From positions 1 to 31,981 of IMG/VR virus record IMGVR_UViG_3300029947_000025: a stretch of 31,981 nucleotides of DNA; one strand, 5' to 3'. A model generated the notes under the pieces. It saw only the letters and a list, made by a program, of their open reading frames with translations, made no database searches and had not been told where the DNA came from. The number at the start of each line of letters is the position of its first letter. Within the stretch, counting starts at the first letter, position 1. This DNA is from a virus. A program made the position numbers and the translations under genes. Below are positions 8,810-17,460 of this stretch, one piece after another.

Positions 8810-9410
8810 TAAGACCAAGCGCGAGTATATGACGCGCGAGCTTCGGGCATCCGAGGATGCCGACAGCCGCCGTATCGAAGGGTACGCCATAGTGTTCGAC
8901 ACGCCCTCGGCGTCGATGGGCGTAGAGTGCCTCAAACCGGTATACGAGGAGATAGCGCCCGAGGCCGTGACCAAAGAGATGCTGGACGGCTGCGACATCC
9001 GCATGAACCTGTACCACGACCGTCACCGCCTGCTGGCGCGGAGCAAGAAAGGCGTGGGCACGTTGGAGTACAGTGTAGACGAGAAAGGCGTGCATTTCGC
9101 CTTTGAAGCACCGCATACGCCCGACGGCGATACTGCGCTGGAGCTGGTGCGTAGCGGGGCGCTGGACGGCTGCAGCTTCGCTTTCTACATGGACTACTCG
9201 GACGACACGGCCGTGTCACGCGAGGATGCCGGCGACCGCGTGATATACACCATCCGCAAGATACAGGACATAGACGATTTCACCCTGACCGACCGCCCCG
9301 CCTATCCCGACACAGAGTGCGCCGCGCGTGAGGCTGCTGAGAGTGCGGCCTCACAAGCGAGCGCCGAGTGTGTGGCGCGGTTGCGCGAGCGTGCAGGGCG
9401 CACATATTAA
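8793..9410 (+). CDS. Prohead maturation protease (HK97 / S78 family)
   Basis: RIEGYAIVFDTPS..., LYHDRHRLLA, ALDGCSFAF. Start is at ATG 8793 (MGTKNN, overlapping the portal tail) or ATG 8829 (MTRELRAS). Confidence 0.8.
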   Translation: MGTKNNKTKREYMTRELRASEDADSRRIEGYAIVFDTPSASMGVECLKPVYEEIAPEAVTKEMLDGCDIRMNLYHDRHRLLARSKKGVGTLEYSVDEKGVHFAFEAPHTPDGDTALELVRSGALDGCSFAFYMDYSDDTAVSREDAGDRVIYTIRKIQDIDDFTLTDRPAYPDTECAAREAAESAASQASAECVARLRERAGRTY

Positions 9411-9442
9411 CGTTAACAACCTATCTAACAATAAATTATATT

Positions 9443-10609
9443 ATGACACCGAAAGAAAAGAGAGAAGCGCAAAAGCGCTACAACGAAATTGTCGAGGAGT
9501 TTCGCACCCTGGCTGACACCCTCGAAAAAGAGAACCGCGGGTACACCGCTGACGAGCAGATGCGCGTCGAAGAGCTTCGCGCCGAGCAAGACCGTATTTC
9601 GGCACGTCTGCGCGGCGCAGCCGAGGCCGTAGCCCTGACACCGGCACAGAGCGCCGCACAGCGTCTTGCCGAGGCCGAGCGCGTTATCCGCGAGAACGTG
9701 AGCCGCGGTGTGTCCACCACCATTCGCCTTGTGCGCGAAGACGCCGAGGGCGGCAGCGGCACCGGGTCCGACGCCCCCACCCCGGCCGTCTCCACTGTCA
9801 CCGATATAACCGTGGCGAATGCCGGCAATATTGTCCGCATCAACCTCCAGGACGTGCTTATGCCGTTGCAAGAGGGCTTGATCCTCGACAAGGTAGGTCT
9901 GCCGCTTATGACCGGGCTGGTAGGCGAGTATGTGTGGCCTGTGGCGTCTATGGTAGAAGCCACCATCGGCGGCGACAATATGGAGTTGAGCGAGCAGAAA
10001 ATAAGCCTGTCCGCACTAAAGGCCATTCCCGACACTATCGGCGTGACCTGCGGTGTTACCCGTCGCACCATCAACCAGAGCGGCGGCATCATCGAGACCA
10101 TCGTCAAGAACCTGCTGCCACTGGCTGTCGCTAAGGCCGTCAACAAAGCAATGTTCGGCACCACCGCCGCCACCGGCGCGACCAACCTCGTAGGTCCATT
10201 CGTAGGCAAGACCCCGACCCAGATAAACAAGACCTTCGTCGACATCAACAAGCTCAAGGCTGCCGTGCTTAAGAGCGGCGTTGAAGGAGAGCATATGGCA
10301 TGGGTAATGACCAAGTCCACCAAGGCCATCCTCGAGGCCACGAGCAAAGACACCGGCAGCGGCATCATGATATGCGAAAACGATATGATAGCCGGCATCC
10401 CCGTATTCACCACCGAGTTTATCGGCGACGACTACATCGGCATCGGCGACTTCACCTATCAACCCGTGGGCCAGTTCGGCGACTTCAGCTTCATCGTAGA
10501 CCCCTACACCGAGGCGCGTAAGGACGTAGTGCAATTCACCTTGCATGTAGACTTCGGCACCAAGACGCTGCGCTCCGAGGCCTTTGTTCTCGGCAAATTC
10601 AAAGCCTGA
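9443..10609 (+). CDS. Major capsid protein (HK97 fold) with N-terminal coiled-coil delta/scaffold domain
   Basis: Follows the protease. The N-terminus is charged and helical (KEKREAQKRYNEIVEEFRTLADTLEKE), followed by a capsid-like body. The ATG at 9443 has an AT-rich leader. Confidence 0.8.
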   Translation: MTPKEKREAQKRYNEIVEEFRTLADTLEKENRGYTADEQMRVEELRAEQDRISARLRGAAEAVALTPAQSAAQRLAEAERVIRENVSRGVSTTIRLVREDAEGGSGTGSDAPTPAVSTVTDITVANAGNIVRINLQDVLMPLQEGLILDKVGLPLMTGLVGEYVWPVASMVEATIGGDNMELSEQKISLSALKAIPDTIGVTCGVTRRTINQSGGIIETIVKNLLPLAVAKAVNKAMFGTTAATGATNLVGPFVGKTPTQINKTFVDINKLKAAVLKSGVEGEHMAWVMTKSTKAILEATSKDTGSGIMICENDMIAGIPVFTTEFIGDDYIGIGDFTYQPVGQFGDFSFIVDPYTEARKDVVQFTLHVDFGTKTLRSEAFVLGKFKA

Positions 10610-10612
10610 TAA

Positions 10613-10927
10613 ATGTTCCTCGATCTCGACATAGTCAAGCGTTACAACATCATCGACGACCTCGGCGCGGATGCCACCGCGGCCGAGGCGCCGCTGGTGA
10701 CGTTGGCCATGGGGTCGGCCTGTGCCGAGGTGTGCAATATCGTACAGCGTAGCGAAGCCGACATCATCGAGGAGTACGGCGAAGTGCCGTCCGACATCGT
10801 TATGGCGGCGCTGATGCTGACTTCGTTGTATTACAATAACCGCGATGGCGAGGCGTCACAGACGCCCGTGCGCGTGCGTCAGATGCTGGCGCCGTACCGC
10901 CGTTTCCCCAAAGACCTGCAGGCATGA
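10613..10927 (+). CDS. Head-tail connector (gp6-like)
   Basis: 104 aa directly after the capsid gene. Call rests on size and position plus the DLDIVKRYNIIDD-type N-terminus. Confidence 0.6.
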   Translation: MFLDLDIVKRYNIIDDLGADATAAEAPLVTLAMGSACAEVCNIVQRSEADIIEEYGEVPSDIVMAALMLTSLYYNNRDGEASQTPVRVRQMLAPYRRFPKDLQA

Positions 10928-11262
10928 AGATAGGACGCATGTATACACGGCTGCGCTGGGAGCGTCCCAAGACGTCTGTGACGGTCACGGGTGCGCTGCT
11001 GGCCAAATACACCACTCTCGGCATTATCCACGCCGAGCGGGCGTCTATGCGCGCCACAGAGCGCAACGAAGCCGGGGAGATGTACGCCGATATGCACGCC
11101 GAGTACTACGTGCGCTATCTGCATGTCATCCGCCGAGGAGACCGCCTGACCGAGTTATCGGCGTCCGATACCGACAGCGGCGCGCTGATGGAGGTGACCG
11201 CCGTCATCTCCAATCGACGCAAGGGCTTTAAGACGATAATATGTGACCGCGTAAACTTATGA
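10924..11262 (+). CDS. Head closure / head-tail joining protein
   Basis: 112 aa. ATGA overlap with the upstream gene. Call is by position in an HK97-type connector series. Confidence 0.55.
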   Translation: MKIGRMYTRLRWERPKTSVTVTGALLAKYTTLGIIHAERASMRATERNEAGEMYADMHAEYYVRYLHVIRRGDRLTELSASDTDSGALMEVTAVISNRRKGFKTIICDRVNL

Positions 11263-11720
11263 GCGACAAGGAGACCATCCAAGAGCTACAGCGCGACTTG
11301 CGCAGTCTGGCGGCACAGCTGACCGAGCAGCAGAAGGCGCGCGCCCTCAAGGGAGCGTTACGTGCCGGGATGCGCATACTGCGCAACGAGGCGCGGCGCA
11401 ATGTCCGAGCCTCGGGCGTGCATAATGCGTCCGCTTTGGCCAAGAACGTCTTAGGCGTAGCACCTTACGGAAAAAACAAGTTGGGCATGCGCGTCTATCT
11501 GTCCAATCGCGCGCGTAAGGCCATGCACCTCAACCGCCGCGGTCAGCTCAAGCCGGCGCTGTTTTGGTTAGAGGACGGCACAACGTCTCGCGGCAGCCGT
11601 CAGCCTATCAATGCGCTGGGGCGTGCCGAGCAGGCCAAGGCGTCCGAGGTTGAGACCCGACTGGGCGAATTGTTCGACAAACAGATCGAAAAACAACTGA
11701 AGAGAAATGGCTGGATCTAA
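11259..11720 (+). CDS. HK97 gp10-like tail-component/neck protein
   Basis: 153 aa. ALKGALRAGMRILRNEARRNVRASG resembles the gp10 family. Overlapping start. Confidence 0.55.
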   Translation: MSDKETIQELQRDLRSLAAQLTEQQKARALKGALRAGMRILRNEARRNVRASGVHNASALAKNVLGVAPYGKNKLGMRVYLSNRARKAMHLNRRGQLKPALFWLEDGTTSRGSRQPINALGRAEQAKASEVETRLGELFDKQIEKQLKRNGWI

Positions 11721-12132
11721 AACAGAAAGAAGCATAAATTTTCCGCGTACAGGCCTATCCATAGGCCTCGCGATATACAACTTTATGATGGACCGCGGAC
11801 TGCCTGCGTATCCGGTGGTGGCGATGCCGAGCGCCAACGGCGCAGCACCGCAGCTGCCCTATGTGGTGTACTCATTGGCCGGAGTGACCACACGCGCCGA
11901 TAAGACCCTGCCCGGGCCGCGCAGCGTGTCGGTAGTGCTGACATGCTACGGTACTGGATATGACGAGGCTTTAGAAGTGGCCGAGATGGCAAACAATATG
12001 CTGTCTCAGCGCTTTGAGGATGCCGAGTTCGAGGGGATGGTTATCCGCGGCATACAGTTAGAGAACGCATCGGACGGGTATGACGGTGATGCGTACTATT
12101 TTGCGTTAACTTACAGAATATTAACAAATTAA
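11707..12132 (+). CDS. Tail terminator / tail completion protein (DUF3168-like)
   Basis: 141 aa immediately before the major tail protein. Contains the LPYVVYSLAG motif. Confidence 0.5.
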   Translation: MAGSKTERSINFPRTGLSIGLAIYNFMMDRGLPAYPVVAMPSANGAAPQLPYVVYSLAGVTTRADKTLPGPRSVSVVLTCYGTGYDEALEVAEMANNMLSQRFEDAEFEGMVIRGIQLENASDGYDGDAYYFALTYRILTN

Positions 12133-12146
12133 CACAATAAATAATT

Positions 12147-12614
12147 ATGGCAACAAAAACAGGATATGTAAACGGTAGCGATATGCTGCTGATAATAGGA
12201 GAGAAGGCCATAGGCCACTGCACCACGCACAACGTGAGCATCTCAGCCGAGACCAAAGACCGCGCGGTTAAGCCGCCCAAGGCAGACGCGCTGACCACAG
12301 CGCTCTATAAAGAAAAAGGCATCACCGGACTGTCCGTATCGATTTCGTGCGAAGGGCTGCATTATTACGGCGAGGAAGAGAATGGTTTTGCAGCACTGAT
12401 GGCACTGGCCTCCGCCGCCACGCCTGTGACGGTGAAATGCTTCGAGCGTGCTAACGACAGCAAGCCCTATCTATCGGGCAGCTTCGTTATTACCAAGTGC
12501 GACCACACAATGCCCGCCAACGACGATGTGACCTACAGCCTCGACCTTGAGAACACCGGCGCGGTGACTTTTGACGGCACCGGCCTGACCACCTCAACGA
12601 CAAACGTACCCTAA
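12147..12614 (+). CDS. Major tail (tube) protein
   Basis: 155 aa, between the terminator protein and the chaperone pair. No sheath gene is present, so the tail is siphovirus-type. Confidence 0.7.
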   Translation: MATKTGYVNGSDMLLIIGEKAIGHCTTHNVSISAETKDRAVKPPKADALTTALYKEKGITGLSVSISCEGLHYYGEEENGFAALMALASAATPVTVKCFERANDSKPYLSGSFVITKCDHTMPANDDVTYSLDLENTGAVTFDGTGLTTSTTNVP

Positions 12615-12913
12615 TGGAGACGACTATCAAGATAGGCGAGCAGGAGTACCCCGTGCGCCAGACGATGGCGGCGCTTGTGGACTTTCGCGAGGCCACGGGC
12701 AAAGAAGCCTACGAGATTACGGGGCTTTCGGATGCGTGCCGCATGCTGTACTACCAGGTACGCGCTACGGCCGAGGCAGACGGGCGCGAGTTCGATATGG
12801 ACTTCCGGACGTTTGCTTTGCGCGTAACGCCCGAGGACATACAGCGCTGGGGCGATGCCGTCAATGCCGAGAATGCCAAAGGGTCAAAAAAAAAGATGAC
12901 GGCGAAAAAGTAG
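12614..12913 (+). CDS. Tail assembly chaperone (gpG-like, short product)
   Basis: 99 aa directly upstream of the tape-measure region. Ends just after the slippery site. Confidence 0.7.
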   Translation: METTIKIGEQEYPVRQTMAALVDFREATGKEAYEITGLSDACRMLYYQVRATAEADGREFDMDFRTFALRVTPEDIQRWGDAVNAENAKGSKKKMTAKK

Positions 12914-13230
12914 ACATACTGCGACTGCAGGCATACGCGCTGACCGCCCTCGGGATGCCGCTCGACACGTTCAGGCGGCTAAGCCCGAGGGCGTTCGAGC
13001 TTTGTATGGAGGAGGATGCGCGACAGCGTCGGCAGGCCGACCTTGAGCGGTGGAACAGACTGCGTACGGCGTGCGCGATACTGATACAGCCGCACACGAG
13101 TAAGCGCGTAACGCCGCAGATGTTGATACCGTTAGAGGAGATAGACGCCCCGGCGAAGGCAGCGCCTCGGCGCGAGTGGACGCCGTCGACACGTCAGAGA
13201 GTGGAAGAATTAATGAACAGAGAAAAGTGA
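12614..13230 (+). CDS. Tail assembly chaperone, -1 frameshift fusion product (gpGT-like)
   Basis: The zero frame reads ...GGG TCA AAA AAA AAG ATG.... Slipping -1 on A_AAA_AAG (12889-12895) enters the 12736..13230 frame (KKDDGEKVDILRLQAY...). Confidence 0.65.
12889..12895 (+). promoter_or_regulatory. Programmed -1 ribosomal frameshift slippery heptamer A_AAA_AAG
   Basis: Lies within an A9 run (12886-12894). The frame relationship is 12614 = 2 mod 3 and 12736 = 1 mod 3, i.e. -1. Confidence 0.65.
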
Positions 13231-13236
13231 AAGGCT

Positions 13237-14088
13237 ATGAGATACGGGATGCCCTATATGGGGAGTAAGAATAAGCTGGCCGAGCGTATAGTGGCGCTGT
13301 TGCCTAAGGCGGAGCATTTGTATGATGTATTCTGCGGCGGCTGCGCACTGGCGCATTGTGCGGCGTTAAGCGGCAAGTACGAGCATATCCACATCAACGA
13401 CATAAGCGATATGCCGAGGTTGTTTGTGGATGCCGTAAGCGGCAAGTACCACGATGAACGGCGGTGGATAAGCCGTGAGGATTTCTTTGCGCTGAAAGAC
13501 GGTGATCCGTATGTGCGTGCGTGTTGGAGCTTCGGCAATAACGGGCGGAGTTACCTATACTCGCGCGAGACAGAGCCGTACAAGCGAGCTGTGCATGTGA
13601 TGCTGACGGCTGACAGCGTGCGCGAGCGCCGTGTGGCGTATAAGGAGGTTGTGCGGCTGCTTGTACCGCTAATCGGGAGTAAGACGGCTGAGAGCTTAGG
13701 CAATATGCAAAGTCTGGAAAGTCTGGAAAGTCTGGAAAGGCTGCAAAGGCTGGAAAGTCTGCAAAGTCTAGAAAGGCTGTTTACAATGAGCAAGGGGGAT
13801 TATCGGGATTTGGAGATAGCGGAGGGGAGCGTAATTTACGCCGACCCGCCGTATGCGACTTCAACAAAGACGGGCGATGATTACGGGACGGCCTTTGACC
13901 ATGCGGCGTTTTATGACTGGTGCGAGGCGCAGACGCAGCCGCTATATATAAGCGAGTACACGATGCCCGAAGAGCGCTTTGTATGTGTGGCGGAGTGGAA
14001 TGTGGTAAGCTTCATAAGTCCCACGAATAATAGATGTAAGCGTGTCGAAAAGTTGTGGATGCCGAGGGGGCAGTTATTGCCAAGGTAG
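13237..14088 (+). CDS. Orphan N6-adenine DNA methyltransferase (Dam / D12-class-like)
   Basis: PYMGSKNKL N-terminus, motif I DVFCGGCAL, motif IV VIYADPPYATS. No adjacent restriction endonuclease gene. Confidence 0.8.
   Translation: MRYGMPYMGSKNKLAERIVALLPKAEHLYDVFCGGCALAHCAALSGKYEHIHINDISDMPRLFVDAVSGKYHDERRWISREDFFALKDGDPYVRACWSFGNNGRSYLYSRETEPYKRAVHVMLTADSVRERRVAYKEVVRLLVPLIGSKTAESLGNMQSLESLESLERLQRLESLQSLERLFTMSKGDYRDLEIAEGSVIYADPPYATSTKTGDDYGTAFDHAAFYDWCEAQTQPLYISEYTMPEERFVCVAEWNVVSFISPTNNRCKRVEKLWMPRGQLLPR
13711..13779 (+). repeat. 9-bp tandem repeat (~7.5 units) inside the methyltransferase
   Basis: agtctggaa x3, then aggctgcaa, aggctggaa, agtctgcaa, agtctagaa, aggctg. Encodes SLESLESLERLQRLESLQSLERL. 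Confidence 0.9.
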
Positions 14089-14310
14089 TTTGCAGGAACG
14101 GCCTTTTGTCATAGTGTAAATGAGCCAACAGAACGCGACAACGCCGAAGAACGCTAAGGGATTATGCCACAAGAGCCACCACAATTTGCAGATTAAGTCC
14201 CAAATAGAAGAGAAGAAGCCCTCAATAATAGGATGTAAAAGCAGTATCATGATGTTTATAGGTATTTGATGATTGTGCAAATATAGGCAAAGAGAAGCAT
14301 AACGGAGCAT
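14074..14310 (-). CDS. Possible small hydrophobic (membrane) protein on the antisense strand, in an AT-rich island
   Basis: 78-aa ORF with Trp/Leu/Ile-rich hydrophobic segments (INIMILLLHPIIEGFF, PLAFFGVVAFCWLIYTM). The island 14089-14351 is visibly AT-rich against the GC-rich genome and has no + strand ORF. Confidence 0.3.
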   Translation of the reverse strand: MLRYASLCLYLHNHQIPINIMILLLHPIIEGFFSSIWDLICKLWWLLWHNPLAFFGVVAFCWLIYTMTKGRSCKLPWQ

Positions 14311-14351
14311 CTACGATTAAGAATAAGACATATTGACCAATAATAAGTAAA

Positions 14352-17300
14352 ATGGCAAAAAATATAACGATAAACTTCAAGACCATATACGACGATAAGG
14401 GCATAAAGTCGGCGGCAATGTCGCTGTCCGATTTGGACAAAGTCGTTAAGAACGTACAAAGCTCCGTTGATAAAGCGGGTGCAAATATGGCCGCTTCATG
14501 GTCGGTAATGGCCGAAGGTTTTCAGCGAGTGAATGATATGCTTATGTCGATGGCGTCGGCGTACGAGGAGGCCGAGTTGAACGCTACGCGCCTGGATGTG
14601 GTAATGAAGCAGCGTATGAAGGCCACCAACAGCCAAGTGGAAGCTATCAAGGCGCTGACCGAAGCGGAGAAAGCGAAGGGCGTTATTGATGACGACATAC
14701 AGCTGGCGGGAGCGCAGCAGCTGGCTACGTTTTTGCGTCAACAATCGTCGTTAGCTACGTTAGTGCCGGCGATGAATAACCTTGTGGCGCAGCAGAGGGG
14801 ATATGCCGCGACCTCGCAAGATGCCGTCAATGTTGCCAACCTTATGGGCAAAGCGATGATGGGACAGACCACGGCGCTGCGTCGCGTGGGCATCACCTTT
14901 GACGAAGCGCAGGAGGCCGCCATCAAGAACGGCAACGAGCAGGAACGCGCGGCGATGCTGGCGCAGATTATCACCGACAATGTCGGTCAGATGAACGAGG
15001 CGTTGGGCAAGACGCACTCCGGCCAAGTCGTACAAATGCGCAATAACTTCGAGGATCTGAAAAAGGCCGTCGGGTCGGTGGTAAGCTCCATAGCGCCATA
15101 CCTCAGTGTCGGAGCGGCAGTGTTCAATATAGCAGCCGGGTGGAAAGCGCTGAGTGCGGCAGTCACGACTGCGGCAAAGGCCTACTGGGGACTGGTCACG
15201 AAGTTATACACGGCGACCAGTGCGATGCTGGCCAATACGCGCGTTGCAAAACTCTGCGCCGGCGCGATGAAAGCGGCCGGGGTAAGTGCCCGCGCCTTTG
15301 GTGTGGCCATACGGGGCATCATGGCGGCCTCGGGTGTGGGGCTGGTGTTGATGGGCATTTCGGCGGCTTTCGAGGCGTTGACGGGCAAGGCCGACGAAGC
15401 GGCCGAGAAGCAGCGCGAAGCGGCCGAGGAGGCGGCACGCGTGCGCAAAGAGTACGAGCAATGGAAGAAGTCGCTAACCGATGTAGGGCAGGCCACGGGC
15501 GAGTATGCGGCCAAAGAGTTGTCGTCAGTCGAGCAGCTGTACAAGAAAGCCACCGACCTTGAAGGGACGTACAAAGATCGCCACCAAGCCGCCAGACAGC
15601 TGATAAACGATTACCCGACCTATCTGGGTCAGCTGTCCGAGGAGGCTATCATGACCGGCAAGGCTGCAGGGCAGTATAGAAAGCTACGCACAGCCATCCT
15701 ACAGGCAGCCGAGGCACGCGCCATCCAAAAGAAGTTGGAGGGCAACTATGCCGAGATAATCGCCAACGAGGAGACGATGCGGGGCTACGAGTGGGCGAAC
15801 GGGCAGAAATGGACTTCAGGTCAGAAAAAACTATACCAAGGTGCGGTGGCTGCGGCTAATGCCACAGAGAAGAAGATGAGAGAGACAGGATACATGAAGA
15901 CGGACCCGATGACGAACGCTATCTATCGCGAAGAATATTCGTTGACGGACATCCGAGAAGCGAGGGTGAAGGCTTTCAACGACTACTATGCCGCACATGC
16001 GAAAGACATAGGCGGAAAGGATTATAGGAAGATCAAGGGGACGCAGGATGAATATGCGCGGCTACAGCAGAGGAACAGCGATCTGCAGGCTGCGAATACC
16101 AGACTGACCGACCGCTTATCCGACATCCATGTGGACCCGGTTATCGAACACGGTGCGGGCGGATATAAGCCCGTCAAGACAACGCCCGTCAAGACAGAGA
16201 AGCCGTATACACCGCCGGCCAACCTTGCGGAGATACAGAGCTACGAGGAGCTGAGCAAGGCCATACAGTATTACGGTAAGGTCAAGGACACGGCCACCAC
16301 AGACGCCGACCGACTGAAGGCACAGCAGACTATTGACACCCTCGAAGATATGCGCAAGGCATGGGATGCCGCATCGTCCACCGCCGAAGCCTACGAGCCG
16401 CCTACGGATATAGCCGACATCCGCAGTATTGACCAAGCCAATGAAGCGCTGACGTATTACCGCAAGGCCTTTGATGCCGCCACCGATGACGCCGAGCGAC
16501 AGCGGTTGCAGGGCCTTATCGACAAGATTGAGACGCTAAAAAAATCATGGACCGGCACGACCGAAGCCGTCAAGACCGACACGCCGCGCTGGCGTCAGAG
16601 TTTGGACAGCATCCGTGCCGACCTCGATAGAATATATGCGCTGCCGCCGAAGCTGTGGAAAGTAGAGGTGAAGGGTATGGGCTTTGATGGCATCACTCGC
16701 CAAATCAAGGAGTTAGAGAAAATGAAGTATATGCCCGAGGTCAATGCCGACGACCTCAAGGGCATAGACGAGACCATATCGCGACTGAAAGAGATGCGAG
16801 CCGTATCGCTGTCAGGTATGGAAGTATTCAGCGGACTATGGGGCGCCACAAAGGGGCTGCAAGGCGGCATCCAGTCCGTGACCAAGGCGGCATCCGAAGA
16901 CGCCACCGCATGGGAGCGTGTCAGTGCCGTAGTCGATGGTGCGATGCAGATGTATCAAGCGATAGCACAGATGATAACGGTTGTAGATATGGTCAACCAA
17001 GCTGCGTCGGCCAACAAGCAGGCCACCTCGGCGGCGAATGCCGCTGCGGCCACCTCCGAAGCCGCTGCCAATGCTACCGCTGCCGCCACGAATATAGCTT
17101 CGTCCGAAGCCGAGGCCACTGCCGACACCACCGCTGCCGCAGCCAAGATGTTCAAGGCGCATTCGTGGATACCCTGGGTAGGCGTGGCACTGGGTGCTGC
17201 GTCCGTGGCTACGATGCTGGCTACGATGTTCAGCCTACCTAAGTACGCGGAGGGCGGCATCGCCTACGGCCCGACGGTCGGTATGTTCGGCGAGTACGCC

Positions 17301-17456
17301 AACGCCTCCACCAATCCAGAAGTCGTAGCACCGCTCGACCGCCTGCGTACGCTCATACAGCCGCAGGGCCTCGGGGGTGAAGTTGAGTTCAAGATAGAAG
17401 GACGCACTCTACGCGGCATCCTCAACAAGGTAGACAATCATAACAGTCGGATATAA
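14352..17456 (+). CDS. Tail tape measure protein
   Basis: 1034 aa, the longest gene, downstream of the chaperone pair. Ala-rich hydrophobic and coiled-coil segments. Internal 62-aa tandem duplication (16212-16397 and 16398-~16583). Confidence 0.85.
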   Translation: MAKNITINFKTIYDDKGIKSAAMSLSDLDKVVKNVQSSVDKAGANMAASWSVMAEGFQRVNDMLMSMASAYEEAELNATRLDVVMKQRMKATNSQVEAIKALTEAEKAKGVIDDDIQLAGAQQLATFLRQQSSLATLVPAMNNLVAQQRGYAATSQDAVNVANLMGKAMMGQTTALRRVGITFDEAQEAAIKNGNEQERAAMLAQIITDNVGQMNEALGKTHSGQVVQMRNNFEDLKKAVGSVVSSIAPYLSVGAAVFNIAAGWKALSAAVTTAAKAYWGLVTKLYTATSAMLANTRVAKLCAGAMKAAGVSARAFGVAIRGIMAASGVGLVLMGISAAFEALTGKADEAAEKQREAAEEAARVRKEYEQWKKSLTDVGQATGEYAAKELSSVEQLYKKATDLEGTYKDRHQAARQLINDYPTYLGQLSEEAIMTGKAAGQYRKLRTAILQAAEARAIQKKLEGNYAEIIANEETMRGYEWANGQKWTSGQKKLYQGAVAAANATEKKMRETGYMKTDPMTNAIYREEYSLTDIREARVKAFNDYYAAHAKDIGGKDYRKIKGTQDEYARLQQRNSDLQAANTRLTDRLSDIHVDPVIEHGAGGYKPVKTTPVKTEKPYTPPANLAEIQSYEELSKAIQYYGKVKDTATTDADRLKAQQTIDTLEDMRKAWDAASSTAEAYEPPTDIADIRSIDQANEALTYYRKAFDAATDDAERQRLQGLIDKIETLKKSWTGTTEAVKTDTPRWRQSLDSIRADLDRIYALPPKLWKVEVKGMGFDGITRQIKELEKMKYMPEVNADDLKGIDETISRLKEMRAVSLSGMEVFSGLWGATKGLQGGIQSVTKAASEDATAWERVSAVVDGAMQMYQAIAQMITVVDMVNQAASANKQATSAANAAAATSEAAANATAAATNIASSEAEATADTTAAAAKMFKAHSWIPWVGVALGAASVATMLATMFSLPKYAEGGIAYGPTVGMFGEYANASTNPEVVAPLDRLRTLIQPQGLGGEVEFKIEGRTLRGILNKVDNHNSRI

Positions 17457-17460
17457 GACA

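Noticed and set aside
9478-10413. 311-aa minus-strand ORF antisense to the major capsid gene; similar cases at 18940..19839 (-), 470..1033 (-) and 16955..17260 (-)
   Set aside because: They overlap well-supported structural genes on the opposite strand, have low-complexity composition, and have no plausible promoter or context.
13711-13779. Tandem repeat arrays (13711-13779, 20386-20727, 8761-8800) as possible CRISPR arrays
   Set aside because: The units are contiguous (9 or 18 bp) with no unique spacers. They lie in frame within coding genes, and no cas genes are present.
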